Notes: generated by a model from the letters alone, not told the origin. A stretch of 64,000 nt of DNA from Cyanophora paradoxa CCMP329 (GCA_004431415.1 QPMI01000010.1:62001-126000); one strand, 5' to 3'; positions 48,001 to 61,239 are shown, numbered from the stretch's first letter. A program made the numbers and translations.

Positions 48001-51000
48001 GGTGCGCATGCTTGCTGCCGTGGTGCTTTCTCGCTCGCCCGCGCTGATCCGGTCCGCGCCTGCAGGTACATGCCGTTGCAGCGGAAGACGCTGCAGTTGC
48101 TGTTCGACCGGCCCGTCCTGCCCCGCTACGCGGCCGGCGGCGGTAGCACCCGGGGCGAGTCCCGCGATCGCGAGTTCATCAAGGCCAGCGAAAGTCTGTT
48201 CTGGAAGCCCGCCGCGGAGCCGGCGCCGGCGCCGCCCGCCTCATCCTCGCCTTACGGATCCGGATCGGCCCTGGCTTCGTCGGCGTCGTCGTGGGCGTCC
48301 GATCGCGACGCCCGCGCGCGCGTTCTCGACGCCGTGCGCCCCGTGATGGACTGCCTGACGGCCGTGGGTGTGCTCCTCGTGGAGGACCTGCAGCACGCCG
48401 GCCGCCCGTACTCGATCGCCTCGCTCTTCGAGGACGCCAAGTGCGCCGTCAGGTGGCTCGCCGCCGAGGGCGTCCGCGCACGCCTGCGCGAGGAGCCAAT
48501 GTCGACGGCGGCCCAGCAGTACCTCCAGCGCGTCGACTTCAGGGAGCGGCTGGCCGTGCTGGCCTTCTGCCTCTCGGACCTGCGCGGCGAAGTCGCCCCG
48601 GCGCAGCGCGAGCAGCTCGTCGGATGCCCGCTCGTGTTTCTGGAGGGCGGCCGCGTGGAGAAGCTGCAGGCGCAGGCATTGGGCTCCACGGGGCATCTCG
48701 TCGTCCCCGCGAAGCAGCTACCCCTCTTCTCCGCACAGCAGCGCGCGAACTTCGTCAGCGACGCCCTGCGCACGCTCCACACAAGAGAGCTCGACCTTCT
48801 CGTCGCTTGCAACCTCAACGTTCGCTGTCTCACATTCGCCGCCCTCGTCGACCTGCTCAAGCAGCCCGGGACGCCCTTCGCCGGCCACCGGGGGCGGGAC
48901 GTGCCCATGTCGGCTTCGACCGATGTGTGGCCCGGCGCGCTCTGGGACTTCGTGTTTCCCGAGGCTTCGAATTCGAGGCGCACTGGCGCAGCGCTGACCG
49001 CTCGCTCCCTCCTTGATTCGCTGAAGGATTGGCCGGTGCGATAAATATTCGAGGTCGACGTCCACTTCATTAATTTCTCGAGGTCCACTATCGATTGCAG
49101 GTCATTCCAACCGACGACAAGCACCTCTTCCGGCCCTCCTCGCCGTCGGTCGTGCTCCGCTCCTGCGATCCTCGAGTGAAAGGCGCCCTTCTCAAGCTGG
49201 GCGTCCGCACGGCCGAGCCTACCTGGTTGGCGAGGTACGACGCCGTGGGAGCAGCATGGCAGCAGATGCAGGATCCGGAGGGACAGACCTTCCTCCCCTC
49301 GCCCGCCGCCATCAACGTCCTGCACGCCATCGGGGAGAGCTCCCGCCGCCAGGGCATGGCGGCCGCCCGACTCTGCGGCTCGGCCGGCCTCGACGCACGC
49401 GAGCGCCAAAACCTGCTCTCCGTCCTCTCCACGAGCATCGCCAGCGCTAGCGAGGAGAACGGGCGACTCGACGCGTGCCGCCTCCTGGGGGCCCTCCCCC
49501 TCTTCGGTGCACCCGCCCGGCCCCCCAAGCGCTAGCCCTTCCCCGAGGCTGAACCTGATCATGATCATGACACGCCTGTATGCGCAGAGCTGGCGTTCCA
49601 GCACGGAATCTTTGTCGCCCTCCACCACTCGCAGCTGCCCGACAGCGACGTCGTTGCGTTGGTGCAAAGCGTTGGCACTGAGGCGCTGCACACGCCGTCG
49701 CAGCGATTCGTGTCGCTGCCGCGCCACCTCGCCGACATGAAGTGCCACGAGGAGATGCAGAGTCGAAACTACCGCGCCCCGACGATTGCTGACGTGCTCG
49801 GCATCTCGCGCGTCGAGCTGGCGCCGTTCGTCGTGCAACACTTGCTGCCAAAGTTTTCACACTGGAACAGCGCGCTACGCGAGACCGTGATGCTCGCCCT
49901 GCTCGACGTCATAAGGGGCGGGGTGGCCGCGGTCGCGAAGCCGATCACCCAGCAGCTCAAGTCACAATCCTGCGTGCGGACGTCGGGTGGGCGGTGGGTC
50001 GCCCCTTCTGAAGCGCTCATCCCGCACGTTGTCCTCTTCAGTAGGGTAACCCAATCGCGAAATTAAATTAAACCCCTTCTCATAGGGCGAAATTTAGACT
50101 GCTTTATAATTATTTTGACGCCCGCCAAGGTGTACGAGGGCCAAGACATCTTCCCCGCACCCCGCTTTCTCGAGCAGGAGCGCTGGCTCGCCCTCGCCGA
50201 GCTCGGAGTGGCGCACTCCGAGCGCGCCCCCGCGTCGCTCCTCCGCTGCGCCCGCGAGGTCGCCCGCCAGTGGTCGGCCCTGGGCGCCGTGGAGGGCGAG
50301 GCGGCAAACAGGGTCGCGGCCCGCGCCAAGCTCGTGCTGGAGGCGCTCTCGGCGGCGCTCATCACGGCGGGCCCGGCGCTTGCGCACAGGGGCGAGGGCC
50401 CCGCCTCCCTTGAATTTCTGAACGAGTTCGGCTCGATCGCGTTCGTGCGGCCCGTGTTGCACGCGGACCTCGCGTCCAGCATGGGCCGCCGCGTCGCCGA
50501 CGCCGCGCCGCCCATCCGCTCCGCCGTACCCCTCTCCGCCTGCACCCTCCTCCATGTCATGCACGAGGCGCGCCCCTCGGGCCTTTAAATTCATCTCCTT
50601 CTGATTGCGTGACCGGAGCGCAGCGCTCGCCCGACCGGTGGTTCGTCTTCACGCAGCGGCCCCTCCTCGCCCTCGACGCCCTCTTCCGCCCCGAGGCGCG
50701 TTTGAAAATTTGAAAATTTAAATTTGAACGCTGACGTCGACCGCGCGCCAGGTCCTCGACGCCCTCGGCGTCTGGCGGAGCGCATCGGACTCGGCCCCGC
50801 TCGAGCCCGTGCTTCGGCACCTGCAGCGCCTCTTTGGCGCCGCCGGCGGCGCCAGCGAGGCCGGCGCGTGGCTACGAGCGGGGGGATACGCCGTCCAGGA
50901 CGTCGAGACGGTACTACGCCCGCTGTTTTTCATTCGCACGCTGTTAGCTGCACTCCTATATTGGAAACGGGGTAGGGCCCCCGTTTCCTGTCACTTACAA

Positions 51001-52782
51001 AATGACGAGTCTGCTCATCTCCCGATCCGGCTCCGATCCGGCGAGCACCCAGCTAGCTCGACCTACCCCGTTTCCAACCGGCGGCCGGCCCAGTCAGAGG
51101 CTCAGAGCCCGAGCAGAGGCCGCCGCGTGCCTGTTAATTCATGGCGCAGATCGCGGTGGAGTGCCTGCGGTACCTGCACGCCAAGTGCGGCTACGGCGCC
51201 GAGCGCGTCTCCCTCGAGCTCCTCCAGCGGCGGGACCGCGTGACGGCGGCGCTGGCCCCGCTCGCCGTCGTGCCGGCGCGGCTGCGGGGCGGCGGGCGCG
51301 GCCTCGTCCCCTGGGGCTCCCTCATCTACGACGAGGCCGAGGACGAAGACGCCGAGGACTTCATTGCCGTGCGCCCTTATTACTTATGAGCTTCGATCAT
51401 TATATTATAATGCTAGCTATTTACCACAACCTACTTTATAAGACCTCCAATCAACAATACTTTTTGTGTGAACTCTCCGAGCTCTCGCGAGCTCTCCGAG
51501 CTCTCATATAGGCGTTTCTCCATTCAATTTATCCCATCCCGGCCCCTCGAATTTAAACGTACGCGTATAAATATATTCGCGAGCTCTTTACGTTTTCGTG
51601 CGCATGCGCAGGTCCCCCGCGCGTTCCGACCCTTCAAGGAGCTCCTCCTCGCCCTCGGCGTGCCCCTGCCCGACAACCTCGGTGCGAATCAATATATTGA
51701 TATTCTTTGTCTACCAATTTCGCACCTCTTTCGAATTCGAGTTCGAGTTCGAATATGCGCTAAGTCCCGGCGCGCGCAGCCGAGCGGATCCGGATCACGG
51801 CGCCGAGCCACGAGCGGCTGCTGCGGACGGGGGCGCTCCGCAAGCTGCGGCTCGCGAACCACGGGGACCCCGAGAAGCTGCGCGACTCCCTCGCCGACGT
51901 CCACTACGAGGTCGAGAAGAAGTGCGCTATATACTTATAAAGCTACACACGTGTTTCTAATGTTAATAAATATCAATCTTACGATTCGTTATTGTCCCCC
52001 TGTGCACGTGATGTATTTATAATATCACGTACACACGTTTCTGATTATAATGTCACGTCCACTATGAGGTACACACGTTTCTAATTATAATATCAATCTT
52101 TCGATACGTAATGTTAAATTATATTAATTAATAGTCTCCTTGTGAAGTATCTCTGATCATGACGTTTTAATTTGTGGCCGGATGCAGGCCTGTGCGGGCG
52201 CACCGCTTCGTGCTCTCGGACCTCCCCTACTTCGAGATGGCGCTGCGCCCCGCCGCCGGCTGGCCGGCCGGCTCCCCGGAGGCCCCGCTCGCCGTCCCCG
52301 ACTGGACCCACCGCGCCTTCTGCGCCTTCCTCTACTACATGCACGCTCTCTTCCTCATTTAATTTCGTACCCGTTTCGTTTTAGAGTCTGATGGGATGTC
52401 AGGTACACGTGCACGCTGCCCGGGGCGCGGCGGGGACCCCCCCCGGAGGCGCCGGAGGGGGGCCTGGGCTGCTGGCCCGAGGGGGCCCTCTCCCCAGACG
52501 AGGCGGTGGAGCTGCTAGAGGCCGCCGAGCGCTGCGGCATCGCCCACCTCCGAGAGGCGAGCTCGAGCGATCTCGCGGCTCGCCGATCCAGTGCGCCCCG
52601 CCGCTGACTCGGCGGGTTGCCGGCCTCAGAGCGTGGAGAAGTACGTCGTGGACCTGCGGATGGTGACCCCCGCGACGGTCGGGGCCCTGCGGGAGGCCGC
52701 GGAGGCGTACAGTGCGGACCAGCTGCGGGCTCAATGCGAGCGCGCCGCGCAGGAGTTCGCTCGGCAGCCCACCGCCTCGTGA
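33079..52782 (+). CDS. Giant multi-exon sacsin-like protein (GHKL/HSP90-like sacsin repeat regions) with C-terminal BTB/POZ domain
   Basis: Repeat 1: EVLQNAADAGAS, YNDRPFTKEDF, KIGQWGYGF, GTLFRFPLR, LPTGDAVHVHGFFALSTNRR; repeat 2: ELLQNADDAGA, KIGRFGEGFS, GTLFRFPLR, TGLPVHINGVF; partial repeat 3: TGLPVHVNAAFELASNRR; BTB ADVHYEV..VRAHRFVLSDLPYF..AFLYYMYT..VELLEAAERCGI. Confidence 0.88.
34453..36906 (+). CDS. Nested gene 1: Pro/Ala-rich N-terminus, basic patch, long coiled coil, acidic Glu/Asp tail (two apparent frameshifts)
   Basis: ORFs 34453-35472, 35548-35778, 35967-36401, 36128-36841, 36286-36906 linked by GT-AG introns or frameshifts; heptad-rich LEEECEELQNQNAALQTKVDDLENK. Confidence 0.7.
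36920..38949 (-). CDS. Nested gene 2: BAH-domain-like protein with basic N-terminus and Ala/Pro tail
   Basis: YHVRLGDFV..ILARVE..RRFVRPEDS..HLIYYSN|VHAPAKVVAADEY..HIYVCK follows the BAH motif order. Confidence 0.7.
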
Positions 52783-53459
52783 TCGTGTGTATTTATACAC
52801 GTATACATATGATCATGAGCCGGTGTGCGGGGTCGGTTTATAATTAAATTTTGGCGTCGCTCGGCCCGGCGGCTTGTACATCTGTGACTCAGTAATAATC
52901 TCGCGATATCTCATTTCTCTGGCTAAAGCTTCGCGTCCAGGGAGTGAGCCAAGGCCTGCCAGGCTGCAGCTGTGGGGGCCGGAGCTTACATTATTAGGAG
53001 TAGAATTAGAGTACATAATTAGGTGGGGGCGGGGGAGGGGAGGGGGTAAGAAGGGGGGATTCAATTGCAATATGGAGTAGATTGATACATAATAAGTAGC
53101 TAAATCTAATCGCAAATTCGACGGGAAAGAGCTAGGGGGCCTACAGACGCAGCGGGCGGGATACACGGGAAGGAGAAGGGGTGTGATGGGAGAGGGGAAG
53201 AGGGGGGGGGACAGGGGGGGGGACAGGGGGGGGCTGAGGGGGCGGGGGCGGCAGGGGTAGGGATAAAGGGGGTTGAAGGAGGATGGGTGGTGGAGGTAGA
53301 GGGGGGTCAAAGGGGGGTGGGGTTGGGGATAGAGGGGGATGCATATGGGTGGGGGAAGTATAGAGAGGGGTTGAAGGGGGCTGGGGCTGGGATAGAAAAA
53401 AGTGGAGGGGGGGGGAGGGAAGGGGGTAGGGAATTCGAAGCCTGGGGCACGAGCGGCCC

Positions 53460-53800
53460 CTAAGAGGCCGACGGGCGCCCCGCGAACATGCCCGCGATGA
53501 AGGCCTTCGCCCTGGCGAACAGCACGCGCGAACAGGGACGCGCTCCATCCAGGCTCCAGGCCCCGGAGGATCTGGCGGACCGGTCGGGCGGGGCGGGGCG
53601 CGCGGGGGCGGGGGCGAGGGCGGGGGCGGGCACCTTGCAGCGTCGGATGGAGGCGGACGCGACGGACTGGGGAGCACGGAACGGACTTCGAGCACATCTG
53701 GAGGCGGCCTCCTCCGGGTCGAACCCGAGGGCCGCCGGCACGGCGCAGGAGCTGCCGGGGAGCGCCCCGGCCCGCCCAACTCGACGGGCGCCGAGGGCGG
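53460..53800 (-). pseudogene. Possible 3' remnant of another F-box/LRR paralog
   Basis: QILRGLEPG and FIAGMFAGRPSAS* resemble the terminal exon VLAGLRPEV..FRAIFGGRPSPS of the neighbouring gene; frames broken. Confidence 0.35.
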
Positions 53801-54079
53801 CGGGTAGGGGAAGCCCTCGGGCCTGCGGCGGGGCGTCGGAGGGGGCGGCGCGGGCGGAGGCGCGGGCGGGGGCGCGGGCGGACCAGCCCTCCGGACCAGC
53901 CCTCCGGGAGACGGATGGCTAGGAAGAGGGGGAGAGGGAGGGGTATGCAAGGGTGGAGAATGGGGATAGGGGGGGGATGGGGCTAAGCGGGGGGCGGGGA
54001 GGGGCAGGGCCCGGGGGGGGGGGGGGGGGGGGGGAGACGAGGGATGGGAGGACTAAGAGGAATGCAAGAGCGAACGAGG

Positions 54080-56273
54080 TCACGCCCTCCACGGCGCCGA
54101 CGGGGACGGGGACGGGCGCCCCCCGAAGATGGCCCGGAAGGATTCGCCCACCTTCCCCTCCCAGTGGTACCGGCGGCCCAAGTCGACATGCAGGGCGACC
54201 TCGGGGCGGAGGCCGGCGAGGACCTGACGAAGGCGGATCCCGGACGCTTGAGCGCGACGGCCAGCGGCCGCGGGCGCCACGGGCGGGGCGGGCACCTCGT
54301 AGGGGCGGAGATAGGTTGGGTCGACGTCGATGTCGCGGGGGGAGATGCGGCAGTCCAAGTGGAGAGACTCGAGGGAGGGGAGGGCCAGGATCGACTCCGC
54401 CACGGCCCCGTTGAGCAGTCGGTCATATCGAATTCGCAGGGTAAGATCCACGAGGGCGCGCCGCACGCCGTCGCTCGAGAGGAGCGCGGCGGTGAGCTCG
54501 GGCGGCGGCAAGCCTGCGGGACGGAAGATAGTGAGCGATCCGCATTGTTATGCACGCGTACGCGGACGTTCGCGGTCGCTTCGCTTACTGTTGAACTCGA
54601 TGCCGAGCCTGGACAGGCGGGGTAGGCCGGAGATCGCCTCGGCCAGGGCGCGCAGAAAGGCGGAGTCTTTCGCGTCGTCGCCACTCCGTTCGATATGAAA
54701 CAGCGCGTCGCGCAGGCCCGCGATGCGGCCGAGGGCCACGACGGCTGCGGGCGAGTGCTTGTCCGCATCGAGCTGTGAGGGGATCCGATCAGTAGAGCTC
54801 GCCCACTGATCCCCCCAAAAGGCGAGAAAGGCAGCTGCAGTGGAGAGGCACGGCTAGTGCTAGGGCTCGAGCTCTCCAATCTCGTCCGGCATTGCGTTTC
54901 TCCCGCGCAAGCATGCACCCGCGGCCGCGCGCGCGCGCACCCGCAGCGGTCTGATGGACTCTAGCTTCGGCATACGGCTGAGGGCAAGGAGGCCGTCGTC
55001 GGGACTTGTCCAGACGTGCCTAAGGGAAATTAAAAACCTGGACAATGTAAGGCAGGCATGCATGCATACGCACTCGTACCGATCCTCCTCGGTGACGAAT
55101 GCGATGGAGCGAAGGCTCTTGCCGGCGGCGCCGTCGGCCAGGGCCGCCAGTCCGCCGGTGATAAGCTGAAACACGGCCGAGGTGGAAATCAAGACGATCT
55201 GCTGGAGATGCGCCAGGGGCGCGAGGGCCGTCAGGACTCCGGTTGCTGATTCACTCTTCGAACGAAGTCGGATAGACTGCAGGAGGGGACAGGCATCCGC
55301 GATGGCTGCTGTTCTCTGCTGATCGAAGCCTTTGTCGGGAGAACCAGATGTAAGAGAGAGGGACCGCAGCTTGCTGAAAGGGGCAAGGGCGGCCCGCAGC
55401 TCGGCGGCGGCCGGCCACTGGAGGAAGGTGGCAGGGGCCGCCTTTCGACCCGTCGCCGAACTGCAGCTGAAGCTGACGCTGATGCTCTCCAGATCTAGAG
55501 CGCTCGCCGCCCCCTCCGGCGGCCGCAGCGCCCGCAGCGCTTCAAGCAGGTAGTTCGACAAGAAGCCGCGGCCAACTTGCTCCCAGAGCTCGAGGTATCT
55601 GTAGGGCGATGAAGTCCGACCGCTAAAGTATTCACCGATGGACGGGCGCCGAATTTCCGTGGGTGCATCGTACGCGTTGGAGAGGTGCAGCAGCTCGATG
55701 GACACCTCCCGCGGCTGGGCCGAGCCGCTGTGGCTGCGGACGATGGCACGGAGAAGGCCGCACGCCGCCTCTACTCTGCGCCGGTGGAGATGCTCCGCAT
55801 CGCTTTCGTAGTCCAGTCCTAAGAGCCGCGAGAGCTCGGGCCTGAGCGACACGCTCGCGCCCGCGCTGAGCCGCAGCTTTCTCGTCTCGAAGAGCGCCGA
55901 TATGGCTCGGTACACGTTCTCGTCACCCTCCTTGCTCGCCTCTTCCGAAGATTGGCCGGCGCCGCGGGTCACTTCAAGATATCGATCGACTTCGACATCG
56001 ACGTCCGCGGCCCTGATCCGCAGCTCGAAGCTCGCCCACTCCGTCTCCTCCACCACCCGCCGCCACCGCCTCCGCTTCGACGTTAGCTACGAAGCGCGCG
56101 CGGCGCAGTGCAGGAGACGCGAACCTGGACACGCGGCGCAGGCGCCAGCCCTCTTGCGGCCCGAGCGCCTTGAACACGTCGCCCAGAACAGCGTCCGGCA
56201 GCACATCGAACGCTCCCGCAGCTGCTGGCGGCTCTTCGACGCGGGCCCGCTTCTCCGGGCGCCCGCCTGACAT
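54080..56273 (-). CDS. F-box/LRR-like protein
   Basis: MSGGRPEKRAR..AFDVLPDAVLGDVFKALGPQEGWRLRRVS|RWRRVVEETEWASFELR; LRR-like LRSLSL, CPLLQSIRL, LPRLSRLGI, LPSLESLHL. Confidence 0.85.
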
Positions 56274-56393
56274 TGCGCGGGGATCACTGCCGCACTTCAA
56301 AATGCGCTCTCCGCGCCCACAACGCGCTCAAGCCCGCTCTTTAAAAGCACGTCGGACAAGCGGCCGCTTTCGAATTCGCATACCCGGCAAGTC

Positions 56394-59300
56394 ATGCCGC
56401 GCCTCGGGCAGGCGGTGCTGGCGCTCCTGCTATCGTCGCTGACGGCATCTGCGTTCGTGGCAGACGCTCCGGACCCAGGGGGGTGCGTTGGGCCCGCCTG
56501 CTGGTGTTTCTGCCAGCTCACTCACGCCCCGCCACCCTCGCAGCGCGCGCAGAGGCGGCAATGTACTGATGAATGATAGACCGCTCGTGGACGTGAGCGG
56601 CGGGCCCGCGGCGGGCCTGGCGGCAGTCGAGAGCCCCGAGGACGTTGCGCTGCGGGACTTCCTCGCGGAGATCGGCGCCGGCGGGGCGCAGACGCACTTC
56701 AGCCCAGCGCGTACGCATGAGCCTGATCCGCCACCTCCGCCCGCGGCGCTCTCCGATGAGCCCGAGGCCCACGCGGCTTTCGCGGAGGGCGAGCGGCTCT
56801 TCTACGCCGAGCGGCTCGAGGAGGCGCTCGCGTTCTTCGCGCGCGTGCCCCACGGACACAGGCGATACGTCGGTTCGCAGCACTCCCCGCATCGCGCAGC
56901 TGGGGGCCCGCTCCGAAGCTCAGGCCCATGCCCGCCGCCGTGCTCGCAGACGCACTCTGGTACCAGGCGTGCACGTACGTGGGATTCCGGCGGGACGAAG
57001 AAGCCATCCGGGCGCTGGAGGCGTACGAGGCCGTCTCCCCGGGCAACCACCGCGTTCTCTACGCCCTCGGGCAGGTTCGCGCGGCGCTGGCTAGCTACAG
57101 CCATCCCTGCCTCAGACCCCGTCTGCGGCTGATCCGCGGGCGCCTCTTCCGCAGGCGAAGCTGAGGAAGAACGACTGGCGCGGGTCTCGGGAGGCATTCC
57201 AACGCGCGTCCGCGCTCGACCCGAACTCGATCGAGTACCTCTTCTGGCTGGGTGCGGGGCCGCCCCCCCTAAGCTATCCGAGTAATCTCCGATCCTGCCG
57301 GCTCGGATGTCAACGGTTCCGCCCCGTGCAGGGTACACGCAGGAAGAGCGTGACAAAGCGACCACTCTGCGCCGCGTGATCGAGCGGGACCCGCGCAGCA
57401 ACTACGCCCAGGCGCGCCCGCCCCCTGTCTGATCTGATCTGAGCGCCTTGCCTTTGATCTGATCTGAGCGCCTTCGCCCCCCCCCCCTCAGCTCTCCTGG
57501 GGACACGTCGTCGCCGTGGGCTCCTCGCGCTGCGAGTGGCGCTCCTGGGAGGGCGACGTCGCGAACCTTCAGGTACCCCCCTCCCCTTTTCCCCCCAGGT
57601 CGATTATTTGGCGCCGCTTCCTGACCTGTGCCCCCGCAGGACGCGATCGAGGCCTGGTTCGACCGGCCCGTTGATCCCGCTACCCCCATGGGTTCGCCCC
57701 CCCTCCCCTCCCTCCCCCCCCCTCTTCACTCCACCCCTCCCCCATTCCCTCCAATCCTTGAACTTTACCACTGGCCCCTCAGCCCCCTGCGTACCCCTCT
57801 GGACCCTCTACCTCCCCCTCAAGGTCCCCGTTCCCATCCCCTGCCCCCCTACCATCATGTAACGTACCCCCAGAACTGGGTACGGACCGAGGTCGCATCC
57901 AAGACCTCCCACACCATGCTCCAGGTCCCGTACCCCCCGCTTCCCGGAAAGGATGCGAATTGATCCCCGCACAGCACGTCGAGGCGGCCGGCCTGCAGCC
58001 CCTACCCCCCCTCTTCTCGCCCCTGAACCCCCCGGCCGGCGCCCGCCTCAAGGTAACCCCCCAACCCCCTCTTCTTCCCCGCGCCTTTTCGATCCCTTAC
58101 CCCCCGCAGATCGCGTACATGTTCGCTTACGTGGGGAACCACGTGACCGCCATGTTCATCCAATCCGCCGTGACATCCCACGACCGCTCCCGGTACCCCC
58201 CCCCCATCCCCGCGAACCCGTACCCCCTCTCTTCCTTACGGGAGCGCAGCTTCGAGGTGTTCGTGTACGCCCTCCACTCGGACCCGGGTACACTCGCACA
58301 CAGCGTTATCTCCTCCAAGGTGCGCACAGGAGCTGGTCTTCTGCTAAATTCTCTTCCTACACTCTCGTCTGCTATAATCTCTCCTCTTCCGCCCCGACCT
58401 GACCTCGGCCTGGTCTTGTGCTGGGATCTCTAGACTCTAGATAATCTCCCTTTACTCTCGCCTGCTCTAGGCTTTCCTCTTTCGCCCCGATTTCAGGTTC
58501 AGCTTTCTAGATCTAGACGTTCCTATACTTTCGTCTTTTATCATCTTCATGCCATAATCTCTACATGCCATAGCAGTTGGTCTTCCGCCATAATCTCTAG
58601 ACTCTCCTTCGTCGTCCTAATCTCTAGACTCTCCTAGAATACTTTCGCCTGCTATCGTCCTTCCTCTTCCACCCCGGCCTCACCCCGGCCCCAGGTGGAG
58701 CACTACGAGGACGTCTCGCGGGCGCACTGGGCGGACGTGGCGCGCCGCATCAACGCGGCGGGCACGCACGTCCTCTTCTACCTCGACCCCTTCATCCTCG
58801 GCGACAAGGCGCGCCTAGCTTGAGCCTTCTTTTGCCGCTTAAGCTTGCTTATTTCCAAGATGCTTGAGCCAAGATGCTTAGATCTCTGCGCGCCTAGTTT
58901 TCGCTTTAGCCTCGACCCCTTCATCCTCGAGCTTTGGCCACTTTCGCTTCTTCTTCGCCCCCCGAAGCTCGAGCTCGAGCTGAGCCTTTTGGCTTCTCAG
59001 CTTCTTTTGCCGAGCTCAAACGCAAATGCTTGGGCTGCTTCGATTCTCGAGCCCCTCCGCTCTGAGCTCCTAGCTCCCAAATTGCTCAGCTCTTTGGTCC
59101 GAGCTCTAAGCTCCCGCTCGGCCCCCAAAGGAGCTAGGGGGACGCTTGAGACCAGGCTTGGGCTGCGGGCTGCTCATTTCTTCTGTCAGCTTAAGCCCCC
59201 ACAGTGCTTAGTCCCAAGTGCTTAACCCCAGCTTGAGGCCCTCCATTCCATCCCCCGCTCAAAGCCGCGTACGCAGGCCGAGGTGGTCGCCATGCGCCCC

Positions 59301-61239
59301 GCCCCCGTCTGCATCCAGGTACCCCCCCCTCCTCCCCCTGGATACCTCTGTACCCCTGCCCTCCCTCCCTCCGCTTCTGACGGTACCCCTCTCGCCAGTA
59401 CTTCGGGATCGCGGGCACGACTGGCGCCCCGTACGTCGATTACGTCCTCGCCGACCGCGTCTCCGTCACGCCCCAGGCGCGCGTACCCCCCTTCGGTTCC
59501 ATTCCTCCCCCCTACATCTAAAAACGAGTGCCCCCCCGGCAGCTCTCCCCCCTGATGACGGAGCGCGTCCTCCTCCTCCCCGACCCCTACCTCTACCTCA
59601 TCTCCAGGTACCCGTACCCCCGTCGCTCTTTCCCCCCGCCTCTCTAGACTCTGCGAAGACTCTTTCATCGAACTCTGCGTAGACTCTTTCTGCCCCGCCC
59701 TCCTGCCGCCTGCCCTCTTCCCGCCCTCCCACCGACCGCCCTCCTCCTTCCCACCGCCCGCGGCAGCCACCCGGAGACCACTCGACGCCGCATAGACTCT
59801 TTCAGCCCCGCCCACCGCCCTCCTCCCTCCTCCTTCCCACCGCCCGCCGCCCGCCACAGCCACCCAAAGAACATTAGACGCCGCGTGTACTGTTTCTGAC
59901 CGTTTGGACTCCGGTCCGCCCGGCACAGCCACCCAAAGAACGTTAGACGCCGCTTAGGCTGTTTCTGACCGCCCCCCTCCTCCCTCCCTCCCTCCCTCGC
60001 AGCCACCCCGAGAACGCGGCGGCGGGCGCGATGCCGGCGCTGGACTTCCTGAGGCGCGCCGACTTCGGCCTGCCCGACGACGCCGTCGTCGCCGCCGCCT
60101 TCCACCAGCAGTTCAAGGTCCGTTAGATTGTCCAGAGTCGAGGCCAAGATTATAATTAGCTTAATACTGCAAGAAGTCTAAGCTTTAGTTGAGCCGCCGC
60201 CTTCCACCAGCAGTTCAAGGTCCGCTCTCAAGAGTTAAATCTGCGAGAAGACGAAGTTTGTGTATCTAGACTGCTTAACGGCTCAAGGTCCGCTCTCGAG
60301 GGTCTCGAGGTTCGCCGTCTAAGACTGCAATCATGTCTTGACACTAAGCATAACCTGCATTCTGCATTGCATTTTAGCGAGTCGAAGCGGTTATGCAATT
60401 CGAAGTCTCCGGTGTCAGAGCCTAAGATCGATCTATCGTGCGGTCTGAGCCGCCCTGAATTAACCCTGTGGCCTCAGGTGAACCCGACGATCTTCCGGGT
60501 GTGGACGAACGCGCTGCGGCGGTGCCCGCGGGCCCTGCTATGGATCTACGAGCGGGACGGCGCCGCCGGCATCCGGCGCGAGGCCGACGCGGCGGGGGTC
60601 GGCGCCGCGCGCGTCCGCGGCTCGGGCAACGTCGCGCACCCGCTGGGCCACCTCAGCCGCCTCGCGCTGGCCGACCTGTTTCTGGACACGCCCGTCTACA
60701 ACGCGCACACGACGCTCGTGGACGCGATGTGGGCCGGTACCCCCGCCGTCGCGGTCGCGGGCGAGCACATGGCGAGCCGCGTCGCCGCCGCGGCCCTGCG
60801 GGCCGCCACCGCCCGCCCGGGCGAGCCGGGCGCGGCCCCGGGCTCCGGCGAGGGGACGGGGAGGGGGTACGTGGCGCCTGGCGACCGAGGCGTCCCTCAA
60901 GGGGTACGAGGACACGGCGGTCCGGTGGATGTGCGGCGGCGCGGGGCGCGAGCCGCCGGCGGGGGTCGGCGGCGAGGCGCCGGCGCCGCACCCTCGGACG
61001 GCAGGCCGCGGCCGGTCCCGCCGGGGGCCGAGCGGCTCGCGGCGCTGCGGGAGCGGCTCCTAGGAGCCCGGGCGCGGTCGGCGCTCTTCGACACGGCGGG
61101 CTGGACGCGTGCCGTGGAGAGGATGGCTGAGGCGGCGTGGGACGCCTACGAGGCCGGAGAGGGCGCGGCCCACTTCCAGGTCGCCCCCGCCCCCGCCCTC
61201 GCCGGCCCCGCCGCCGACCCCGCCGGCCCGCCCGGCTAG
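56394..61239 (+). CDS. TPR-containing O-GlcNAc-transferase-like glycosyltransferase (GT41) with apparent signal peptide
   Basis: KIAYMFAYVGNHVT, HDRS..FEVFVYAL, RPAPVCIQ..GTTGAPYVDYVLAD, AFHQQFKVNP, LADLFLDTPVYNAHTTLVDAMWAGTP, MASRVAA. Confidence 0.88.
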
